Below are positions 1-11,500 of a stretch of 64,000 nucleotides of DNA, one piece after another. Each line of letters begins with the position of its first letter. Position 1 is the first letter of the stretch. Under the pieces are notes generated by a model that saw only the letters and a program-made list of their open reading frames with translations, was not told the DNA's origin and searched no databases. The position numbers were made by a program, and so were the translations under genes. The stretch is from Perna viridis (taxonomy: Eukaryota), in contig CM074512.1 of NCBI GenBank assembly GCA_037379345.1, forward strand, positions 62,269,597 to 62,333,596, written 5' to 3'.

Positions 1-347
1 TCGTAGATTTCTATGATTTATTTATCTAAAACTAGACCATATTAGTCTCGAGCAAATAAGAAGAAAAAAAGACCTGCTCTTTGTCGCCCGAGGTTACATA
101 CAATCTACTTCCGTCTGCTTACTAAACTGTTACCATAATATTGGTAGAACGTTGTAATTTAGCTACCCACAAAATTTTTTCCCCGAAACCATAGCCATGT
201 AATCTTAATAATTGTCGTACCATGGGTTTAAAACTCCTACGAGTGATATAACAGTTTCTGGGTATGTAAATAGAAACCATGAAACCCAACTTTTACAATC
301 AAATGCTGTGCTTTACACGTGAAGTCGAGTGGTTTGGTCATTTTTAT

Positions 348-393
348 GTTTCAAGGGGGGTCTATCTATAGTTTCAAGGGGGGTCTATCTATA
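348..393. repeat. Perfect 23-bp tandem duplication
   Basis: GTTTCAAGGGGGGTCTATCTATA at 348-370 and 371-393. Confidence 0.9.
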
Positions 394-2224
394 GTTTTTG
401 TGGCTTGGCCAGATGACTGTTCAGTCACAAACAAACCTTCGGAAATGTATAAGGTGTATACATGCCTACTCCATGTTAATATTATTAACTCTTAATGAGT
501 GCTGGACTTAAAAATGAAATCTGGTTGAAGGCATTTTAAATGTTGGATACCTCACCTTCATTGCCTTTAACAAGAAACGACGTATTATCAACATCTTCTA
601 AAAAAAATTAAAAAAATATTCGGACTAAATTTGTGAATACATATCTTGTATTTTGCCCTGTACCAACTATTAAATTTTACAGGAGTTTTCCATTTAAAAG
701 TTCTGCATCTAATAATAAAATACAAAAATATCAATCATGAAATATGTACGCTGTACACGTGTTTCAAGAAGTAACATCTTACCAGCGGCATTATAACCAA
801 ATGTTAAGAAAACTCAAGATTAAAAAAATTAATTATTATATACAAGAAATCAAGCAACGAAGAGTTCTACCAAAATATGTCAAGAGAGCTACAGCAATGT
901 TGCCCCATGTATAAAAATGTTCGTATATACTGTTGCATGATTGAAGCAAAATTATTTATTTACAGTTTCATATAATTTTTCAGATGGCCATATGTTATCT
1001 AATCTGTATATGTTTTATTTTTGTTTTAGGTAAGTGAAAAAAATCAAAGTTTACAGTAAAAGGTAAAAAACATGATTGTCTTTCGTATTTGTAAAATAGA
1101 CTACGACACGCAGAGAAAATATCTAGCAATTGGGGAACAGTTGTATAATTTCATCATTTGATATCCCAGCGGATTAATTCATTAGAGTCTGATCGTCTTT
1201 TTTTCTCATCAGTATTATTATAATTCTGGAAAATTAATTTGTTATGAAATACAAAATATATTAAAAATTCGATTACGCAGCGGGTTCCGAAATCCTTCTG
1301 ACCCTAACTTTTTGTTCTCCGAGTGATCTACCCCTGCATCAACTCTTTGATCATCGAGGAATGAAAGTTAATGCCAGTCTCTCGAAAGTAACTACTATGG
1401 TATCTTTTTCCATATTCGGTTATCGAGAGAAAAATAAATAGGTGATAAATATGTTACACCTAAAAAACGATATCTGAAATTGAAATTTTCATTTCATTAA
1501 CTTCGTAAGGAGTTAGTTAAGAAAAGATTTCAGTGGAATTTACAAATTCACTGTATTGCTTCATTGATGTATACTGATAAAATAAAAATGCCCATTTTTT
1601 TATGAATAACATCTGGTGTATCATTTTAATGTAGACAAATTTCAAAGGAATACCGCTATCTCACTAAATACGTATTTATGTAACTATAATGAAATTTATC
1701 CGAAGTGGAAAACTTTCAAAATGTCACCGATGCCAAGGTCAAAAGGTTCAGCACACGTGCATGAACGTGCAAAAACTGCGCAGTTGGTTTAATCGTGAAA
1801 AATTTATACTTAGTGTTATTTCTAGTTAAGTTACAGTGAGTTTCTTGTTTTTAATCCGACAAAATACGAAGCGGAAAATTAAATTCTTAAATACTGCCCT
1901 TCCCGTGAAGAACTTACTGGCTGAACATTCAAACGTCAACCATAAAATCTACGTCTAACTTAGTGCGGCTCAGCAGCTTTCAATCAGAAACAGGGTGACA
2001 TTTATCACGTTCAGAACATATTTCTTCCCTTTAAAAGATGTAAGATTTCAGTTTTATTAGTACTGTTTGTTTCTATAAAGAGTTTTGTCAACAGGTTTAG
2101 AAAATCTGCACTAAACATTCTTTTACTAAAAAAAATCTTTGTAAGCATTATGACACCCGATCTCGCCCGGTTTTCTGTCGGGATCATACTATTATTTATT
2201 TGTGAAAGTTTAAGTTCCTTTGTT

Positions 2225-2450
2225 TTGTGTAACTCCAGTCATTCTTAGACGGCTATTTTTTATGCCCCACGTTTTGTGACTTCAGTTATTCTTCGTCGGC
2301 TATTTTTACGCCTGATGTTTTATGATTTCAATTAGTCTTCATCGGCTGTATATTTACGCCCCAGGTTGTGTGGTTTCATTTGTTCTTTGTCTGCTGTGTT
2401 TGATTTTCCCCACGACTTGTGGTATTTTTCTTCGTCTGTTGTATGTTCGA
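2225..2450. repeat. Degenerate minisatellite, ~46-47 bp period, ~5 units
   Basis: TCTT..TCGGCT(A/G)T..TTTA(C/T)GCCCCA..TTGTG recurs, with CGGCT/CTGCT/CTGTT anchors near 2250, 2297, 2343, 2391 and 2436. Confidence 0.7.
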
Positions 2451-3555
2451 TGTCTCGTACGTATAAAATGCTTTGGTGTTCTAACAGTTAATAGTAGAAG
2501 TAGAAACCGGTATTAAACTGTCGTCAAAAAGTGCCAAAATAACGACATCCAATGTAGGAAAAGTATAAAGCAACGAGGCACGTCATCCGGTAACAGACGA
2601 ATATGGCAAACAAACTGTAGCATGAACCGGAAGTAGTTTGTCTGATATACTGCAATGGGAAGGTTAACATTTGAAAGTTGTTTTCACATTATCGGAGAGC
2701 TTACAATGCATCATACTTATAACATCTTTCACTTCCTGAGCACTTTCTATCTTAAAACTCAAATAAAACTAATTCTCTTACTTGAATGGTGCCGTTGTGT
2801 TTTCTTAAATGGGTTGGAACAGAAACGTATGTCGAATCATTCATAATTTTATTTATAGAATTATACTGCTGTCATTCTTAAGGGAGATTGCGTGTCTGAA
2901 ATCAAGGTTTTGTCTCTTGTTTATAAATAAGCTATAATCACTTGGTTTACCCCTTCTATACGCACCTGTATTGTATATTATGCATGTCATGGTGAGTTGT
3001 CACTGTATGTGGCTTAAATATAAGTCATAAAGGAAAATTAAAATGAAATTTATGTTTGAAATATTGCCATTATTATTTTACGATCTTGATCTGGATGACT
3101 GAAGTTTGGTTCTACACGTCCTTGGTGCATGGAAATAAACCATAAGTGAACATTAATAAGCCTCTAAAGAAATAATATGTTACGCTTGGAATATCAAAAC
3201 CCAGAGATAAAACGAATGAAGAAGACAATATTTTCGTAATTATATTCAAATTTGAAGTCTTTTTTACATAATGTACGTTTTAAAGGGAAAGGTATTTTTT
3301 AAATCATAAAAATTTGAAAATGAAGATACTAAGGATAAAACAAAACGGTGCGCTAAATGTTTGTAAGCTGCTGCATGTCCTTGACTGTTTTATCTTCCAC
3401 TTGGAATAACATATTTCAGTCTTTTTTTTCAATACAAACATACCAATCATGTAAATATTGATAATTTTGGTATACTGTACATGTTTTTCTAAGAAGTGAC
3501 CTCTCATCAGCAGCAAATTACCTGGGGGAATAATCCAGGAATCTGACGATAGTGT

Positions 3556-3840
3556 CTTTGGCTAACACGAACAGGGCGTTCCGTCGTTTCGACCCCCTCC
3601 ATTTGGAAAATTTTGTTAATTTTGAGCGAAAATATGGTCAAACGTGTACAATGATAACATGGACACCTTTATGGAAACGCCTTTGGCTTACACGGATAGT
3701 TATAGATCCAGGGGTTCGCGGGTTTTGACCCCCCTTGTTGGAAAATGTTGTTATTTTTTTCTATCTAGTAAGGCGTTTGAGTATAAAAAAACGTAGACAT
3801 GGTTGAGCATTACAAAGTGAACTATAGAAGCCCCAAAACC
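3556..3840. repeat. Diverged local duplication carrying fragments of the GGATCC-TIR transposon family
   Basis: CTTTGGCTAACACGAACAG (3556) matches CTTTGGCTTACACGGATAG (3681). Each is followed by TT(C/T)GACCCCC...TTGGAAAAT.TTGTTA. Confidence 0.55.
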
Positions 3841-5699
3841 ACTTTGGTGTCATCATTTACCGTGCCTTTTTGAAAGGGGTCCTTTGGAACCCATATCCCT
3901 AAATCATCTTCTTATGCGTGATTTTTTTTCGATAGCATAAGATTTTAAACACATTCCTTACCTTCCAATAGCTTTATTTTGATTAAGAAAAAAATATTTT
4001 GGAAAAGGAGGAAACATTTAAACTAACATCAATAATGCATTGGCACATGCATAAAATACGTATTAAGGGACCTTAAATACTTACGTGTATTTGTTTGATG
4101 TTTGTGCTTCGATATTTTAATGGTTTACTTTTCGTAAATATTTAAGTTCAGTGTTATCTCGCACGGCACATGAAGAAAACTCTTACCAGGGCATAAGAAG
4201 GACCGAAAGCTTTTGTGCTCGGCATGCTTTAATAATTCTATGCTTGGAAATTATTGAGAAAGCATTTTTGTGCGAGTCTGACAATCGATAGTTGTGCATA
4301 AATCTTTCTTTCAAACATGGTTATGCTTGGCATCGTGTAAGGTGATACATATGAACGGACCCTGAAAATCAGTCTTTGAAATGAAATACCTTGCTAATTA
4401 CTGTATGATCAGATACACCTGAAATGTCTGTAGTGATATTATGCAAATTTTTCCTTACAATCTTTGAACGCCACCTCATTACGATTCTACTACGATTAGA
4501 ATCTTCGGATTTTGTCTACTTTACAAGTCAAATAGAAATCTTGAAAGCTATCGTCTTGAAAACATTTAAATATTTATTCTTTAATAATCAGTCTCGATTA
4601 ATTAGTACTAAGGCTAGAAGAAATATTATTTTTACTTTCCTGAAAACAAATTTATCATGTATATTAATATATACAAACTTTAAAATGATTATGATCTTAT
4701 CGGAAGCAGATGACAGACGACACTGCAAGGTGGGAAAAGATGGCGGTTTTGGGTCATTATGGGTCGTGCAGAGAAAATAATACTCCTTTGATATTTTTTT
4801 AATATTACAGGTGGCACTTCATGCAGTAAGCGATTGCAAAATATTATATGATGTTCATAAGAGATAGCAAAATATCATAAAATTTAATTATATTGTGCAA
4901 CTTTCACCTGTTTAAAGAGAACCACGTTTTATAAGTAGGAACCTCAGCTGACGAAAGTAGAACAAAATTACATTCGCTTTTAAGCTTCGTGCTGGTATTA
5001 GAACGTCATTTAATTAATTGGGTTCTTCTTTTACCACAATTTTATGCTCGTGGCTTTGTTCCATGCCAAAAGAATATTCCTTTTCACTAAGGCTATTCAT
5101 TTGTCTGCTAATTATCGCCTTCGCAAGTCTTTTGCTATTGAACAAAACCGCAACCGATATCAGATGTAGATAACGCGTTATTGTGCGTGATTTGAGCGAG
5201 ATTCAGCCAATAACCAATGTTATCAGAAGCTGTAAAACCTTATAATAAACACTTGCTCACTTTATCAAAAACAATTTAAAATTGTCATAATACAAATAAG
5301 ATCGTTTATCTTCTAGTTAAAGGCAAATTCATCAATCATTAGGAATGCTATCAAAGCCGCTTTAATCTAATTCTCTGAAACTCTTTTAATGAATGTCGCT
5401 ATGATGACTATATTGGGTCTAGAGTATGAGTATTTATATAGTTTTTTTTTCATTTGATGTTTTAATCATTGTGTTCCGCATTGTTAGTGTTATCAAGTTG
5501 TGATATCTTGTAGATGTATATACGGGCAAGGGGTTCCACTAGCACTTGATTTGTCAGCTAGAATAGCTGACGTTTTGATCCACCATGTAAGATTCTCATA
5601 TTTTGTTCTTGTTTACAGCAGGGTTCGAGATGTTCGTTTTTCGGCGTGTACTTTTTTAGTTCTTTTGTATTATGCAATTTGTCTTGTTCTTGGCATGGT

Positions 5700-6630
5700 T
5701 TTCTCCTCGTTTATCCTTTGTTGTTCCAGACGTTCAAAGTTTTCTCCGCATTTATCCTTTAGTGTTCCAGACTTTCAAGGTTTTCCTTGCGTTTATCCTT
5801 TGGTGTTCCAGACGTTCAAGGTTTTCCCCGCGTTTATCCTTTGGTGTTCCAGACGTTCAAAGTTTTCTCCGCATTTATCCTTTGTTGTTCCAGACGTTCA
5901 AGGTTTTCCCGGTATTTATCCTTTGGTGTTCCAGACGTTCAAGGTTTTCCCTACGTTTATCCTTTGTTGTTCCAGAAGTTCAAAGTTTTCTCCGCATTTA
6001 TCCTTTGTTGTTCCAGACGTTCAAGGTTTTCCCGATATTTATCCTTTGGTGTTCCAGACGTTCAAGGTTTTCCCCGCGTTTATCCATTGTTGTTCCAGAC
6101 GTTCAAAGTTTTCCCCGCATTTATCCTTTGGTGTTCCAGACGTTCAAGGTTTTCCCCGCGTTTATCCTTTGGTGTTCCAGACGTTCAAGGTTTTCCCGGT
6201 ATTTATCCTTTGGTGTTCCAGACGTTCAAGGTTTTCCCTACGTTTATCCTTTGTTGTTCCAGAGGTTCAAAGTTTTTTCCGCATTTATCCTTTGTTGTTC
6301 CAGACGTTCAAGGTTTTCCCGATATTTATCCTTTGGTGTTCCAGACGTTCAAGGTTTTCCCCGCGTTTATCCATTGTTCCAGACGTTCAAAGTTTTCTCC
6401 GCATTTAACCTTTGTTGTTCCAGACGTTCAAGGTTTTCCCCGCATTTATCCTTTGGTGTTCCAGACGTTCAAGCTTTTCCCCGCGTTTATCCTTTGGTGT
6501 TCCAGACGTTCAATGTTTTCCACGTGTTTATTCTTTGGTGTCCCGACGTTCAAGGTTTCCCAACATTTATTCTTTGGTGTTCTCAGTGTTATAGGTTTTC
6601 CCTTCGTTTATTCTTTGGTATTCCCAACTT
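5700..6630. repeat. 41-bp minisatellite, ~23 units, with internal higher-order structure
   Basis: Unit TTTATCCTTTG(G/T)TGTTCCAGACGTTCAA(G/A)GTTTTCCCCGC(G/A) starts at 5710, 5751, 5792 and so on every 41 bp. The unit at 6366 is 38 bp, and both edges are degenerate. Confidence 0.97.
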
Positions 6631-8383
6631 TGTCTTTCAATGTTTTCCACTCTTTTAAATCTTCCGTGAAAGTACTTGTTCAGTCTAAAGAGTTGCAATC
6701 TGCACTTTTGATATAATATAAGTTACTCAATAGAGCTTTTACATGATACAGGTTGATTCTGGTGTACCTTTGTTTTACCCTATGTTGGCAAGATACTGAC
6801 CGATCTAAAACGAACTCATAATACTATTTTTGGTCTAGAACTAATGCAATTTTATTTATAATTGCATGGTCAGGAACCATCTGAACTCCTCTTTTCTGGG
6901 AATTCCTTAAACATAATTCGTTTCTTGAACTCTCTGAAACGACGTTCCAGTCTATAAATATTTGTTGCCGACTGTCCCTGTTCGAAACGACCCTTTTCCT
7001 TAAACTTTTGAACTGCATAAATCCGCCAAGGACTAGAATTGCTCTTGAATGAGAACGCAGTGAAATCTTCACATGTTTGTAATGTAACGAGTAATCTCCC
7101 TTTTTCCTTAAGAGGGTGAAATGAATTTGTACTTTCAATAGAAAAATTTGAATGTATACTTCATGTCAAAACTAATCGCATGAAGGTTGGGTGCATCCGT
7201 TTATCCTTGCTAGTCGCAAGTCCAAGTACATATAGGTATGACAACTACATGTACATGCACAAAACAAGCCAAAGAGAATATCGTTGATCTAAAACGGGAG
7301 ACTACATGTAGATCGCTGATGGAAAAGTGCAACTTATTCAACAAAGGTTGTTCTCCGATGCGCTTTTGTTGCTAAATAGGTACTTAAAAGTTTCAATATT
7401 TACTTAGAATGACCTTACACTGCAAGAAGTATCCTTGAATTAAATATTCTAAAAGTTATAGCGTAAAAATGGTCATAAAGAAGAAAATGAACATAATATT
7501 TCATTTCTACAGATGTATCCATATAATAAAAGGTACATTTCAGACAACAACCTCTCTGTGCATTAATAACTTCAGGATGAATAAAAAGCGTGTGAATGAA
7601 TAAGATTTTGGTTTTCGCTTCATTAGAGAACGGTAAATTGTAGAAGAAAGGAATATAAACAAACAGTTATCAATAACGCTTATATATTCTGTATCGTGCT
7701 GGGGAATTCGATCATGCTGGGGAGTGAAATGAGGTTTTCTGGGTAGGTCCAGCGTGTCCTGTTGTTATGGTATAGTTGATAAAATACATATGACACCGTA
7801 TCGTGCTGGGAAAATAGCAATGAAAAATGCAAAAATAATCTGTAAATTATGTATAAATAATGTGTTGGTGATGATCAGAAAAAAATATATATGCTCGGCT
7901 AATTCTAGGTTAGAACAATATCCCTAGGTACGTTCGATTTCTGTTTTAGTTTAAATGTGTCTCAAACACATTATGATCAAATGGCTAACTATTAAGTTAT
8001 GATTCAAATTACAAAATGGATGATGAACATAAATATATTTCATATGAATGATTTCAGATAAAACAATATCTGTGATAAAATTCTGTTTGATCAACAGATC
8101 ACTTCCGTATGTGGGTGCTCGATTAATTGTTTAAAAAATAAAATTGAAAAAAAAATAGAAAAACATTGACCAGGAAGAAGGATAACAGATGTCTTCGTAA
8201 ATTTTGTATAATTTCTTTTTTCTTTAACTCTAACTTAAATCAATCGTATATATAGGGAATGTGATGTCAATTTTAATAAAAAAAAAAAAACTTACATTCT
8301 TATGAATAACGACTTATTCTAGATATATCCATCGTTATATGCATTGAGGGCTTTAAGTGGACATTGTGCTTATTTAGTAGAAT

Positions 8384-8596
8384 CCTTTTTTGGTTCATTT
8401 GAATTATTTTACAAGTGATCTAACAATTCTCCATTTTACTTTCTGTTCAGATGACCTTTTCAGAATCATTGGATTATTGCTTCAAGATAGTGAAAGCTGA
8501 AATCTGATTGGCTGATAAGAAGGGTAATCTGAACAGAAAGTAGAATGGAATATTGTTGGAACCTACATATAGTGACTGAATGGAACAATTAAAAGG
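8384..8596. mobile_element. Fold-back (palindromic) MITE-like element
   Basis: AACAATTCTCCATTTTACTTTCTGTTCAGATGACCTTT (8422-8459) is a near-perfect reverse complement of AAGGGTAATCTGAACAGAAAGTAGAATGGAATATTGTT (8520-8557). Weaker complementarity extends out to 8384 and 8596. Confidence 0.7.
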
Positions 8597-11500
8597 TCGA
8601 ATTAAATTTCTTCATTGGTATAGCCTGGCTGTCTATACCCACAGTCTCAACCTGTCCTGTCACAAATACAAACTGTTACTTCAAAACCTAAAAATAAAGA
8701 GATTTTATGATTTCTCTGTAGAACTTTATTTGGCCCGTAACTAAAAATGTTTACTAGCCGAAAGGTGTGGAGAGGGGAGAGGGTGTTATTTGAACAAAAT
8801 GTTCTGACTTCTATAATGTTTCACCAATTTTAAGCTCGTTTTTGCCACAGTTTTACGGTTTCATCGGATTTCTTATTGCTTTCAAAGGGGAGTGGTCGTC
8901 TTAACCCCGTCATCGAACGGCCCTGCATACGATTTGTTTGCATCAAATCAACCTTGACTCGATTTTCACATGTGCTTCAGATTAAGTTTCTCAAAATGAT
9001 ACATAACTGGTTGCGATACCGTACATAACGGTTTATGGTTTATATTATTTCATTGAATCATTGATTGCTATCTCGAAAAACAATCGAAATAAAACATAAA
9101 TTTTACATGTTGTAAAATTAAGACACTTTTAGTCGTAACTTAATTGTAGGAAACTTGAGTCTTTGTGGGAGCTATGCTATATTAGTAATTGTTTTTGTAT
9201 ATATTGTGGAGTTTTGTTACCAGAAAAAATTTCAATCTCGTTGAAAATGCCAAACTGTACGAAACTCAGTATCCATGAAACGCTATCAGCAGCTTGTATT
9301 AATTACGGCTTGTGACAACTGATCAATTTGTGCAGTGACAAGCATGGGAATTGTAGAAAAATATCCGAAACAATATCCTGCAATTATTTCGTCAAGGAGG
9401 AATTAAAATTTATTATCATGTGTTTAAATATGAAATTGGACAAGATAATCGCTTGTTTTTATCGATGGCATCTTTTGGATGTCACCGTATTAAATGACCG
9501 AAGCAGCTTCGAGATATTATCAATTAAAATGATAATCATTTACAGGACGCGCACCTGACGTTCATTTTTCGAATTAGAAAAAAATTATCTAATTTTATTG
9601 ATCATATTTGGATTATTTATTCGTATCATATTTACTCTTTGTATTTTAAAATGCGGTAATCACTTAAAATTGCTGTCTTTGTCGGTTCTCTGCTGATTTC
9701 ATCCGAGGAACGTTCAACAGCTTTCAAGCAGCTCAGTAGTAGCCCTTATGGTTTGTATCACTGCGGCCAGTTTTATGAGCAACAGTATCTATAACTTGAT
9801 TGACACGAGAAATCGCATGACACAGCAACCCAGCTAGCTTAGTTTTTGTAATGATGATGAGCTGACAATTTGTTTGAATAATTTGTAGCAATTGGTTGAA
9901 TCAGTGAGTTTTAAATCCTATCTTTTTGTCTATTCTCTTCGCTGGATACTCCTGAAACAGTTCGAACAACGCGATGAAATACAAATGAGGTATTACTTGC
10001 GGTTTGGACATTTTTGCTCTGTTATATTTTACTTCTGTTTCTGTTCTTCGTTGTAAGATAACTAGACGCGCGGTGGTCTCGCACAACCAAAGTCACACGT
10101 GAAACGATATCATCAATTCTTGAAATAGAATTGACAGAAATAAGGGTATAATGAAAAAAAGATATGTGGACACGAAAAAAATAACGTTAAGCACAATTTG
10201 GTGTATCGATAGAATACAAAGGATTCATGACGAAATAAATCTTGGAGTACGAAGTGCTCTCTAGTATATCCTTCCTTTAGCTGGGCTATAGTCAAAAAAA
10301 GGGAAAAGTAGAATTTAAAACTTGTAAAGGTTGTGGTTCGTGTTTGTTGGCAAAATCCAACCTTTATTTACGTGAGATTCACGAAAAAAAATCTGTTCAA
10401 TCTACAAATGTACTAGTAAACAGAACATTAAAAACTTAAGAAAGAACGAACACAATTGAAATTATGAATGAATAAATCATGTTGCCAATCATTTGAAACA
10501 GATACGCTGTCTAGTATGTACACAGCCTCAAGTGTGCTGTATAGACACATGCTTTACACAGACAGACCAGTGTTGTTGCCTTCGTCGTTGGAAAATTCTG
10601 TAATCATGTATTTATTCAATGAATATGACATTGATTTGCATAAGATTAGGTCTTGCCACAAAGTATCCACTTACTCCATAAACCTATACAGACTGGACAT
10701 TGTAGTGTCATGTTTTATGGAGTTTACGGGTATAGAAGACCATGTTTTTCTAGAACAGATTGGATTATAATGATCTATCTTCTAAATTAAAATTCTTGTT
10801 TTTTTCTAATTTAATCAAGGGATCAAATTATCATTTTTCGAATTAATGGACATTGCTGAAGATGATAAAGCGGTTCTCCTCCTCCTTCGCATAAACTTTG
10901 AAATTACATGGTTTTACGTAAATTTGATTTTCTTTCTCATTTCCATAAACTCTGCGTTTTCTTTTGTTATGCGGCAGAAAACATGTATTATATTATGAAT
11001 CTCCTCAGGTGGTGATTGTTGGTCGGGGTATACTTTTCAGCATTAGGTCCCACCTGTCGGATCATAGTTTCAGACAATTACAAGCATATTGCCCCAAACT
11101 AATAAAAAATCAACCCTTTCTTACAAACTCCCTCGTAATTATCACTTGTAAATTTTACGCTAAACAATGCCTTTGATTTTGTTCTTTGTTGCAGAAATTT
11201 AAAAAAGGAAATTTGTTACTTTACATAATAGATTAGTCGAGGTCGGGATCATCAATTTGAAGACAGGGTTTTAGGTGGATCTAGTTTCAAACAAAGTTTT
11301 GTTGCGAGAGTATAAATGAGTTCCAGAATAATACCCAGACGCGTGCCGCGGTGAAACCCATGAATATATAACGGGATTTTGTGTGGTCTACAGCAATCTT
11401 TACTAAAGTAAAGTCACATATTACTGTCAATTTGTAATGAAGCCCTTCCACGTTAAGGTTTACAGATATTTCCGTACTCTTTTTAACTCTGCCATTGCAA

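Noticed and set aside
3470-3515. Minus-strand CTGATGA...GAAA resembling a hammerhead core (similar case at ~28800-28838)
   Set aside because: Stem II does not pair properly, and stems I/III with a cleavage triplet could not be built.
5700-6630. CRISPR-like appearance of the regular repeats (also 44628-44799 and 13836-14460)
   Set aside because: Units abut directly with no unique spacers, there are no cas genes, and the context is eukaryotic.
5500-6716. Three overlapping 300+ aa ORFs and one 60-aa ORF
   Set aside because: They are by-products of a stop-free 41-bp tandem repeat. All frames give the same peptide, with no domain and no frame preference.
6824-7138. 104-aa minus-strand ORF
   Set aside because: Non-ATG start, no recognisable motif and no clear exon structure.
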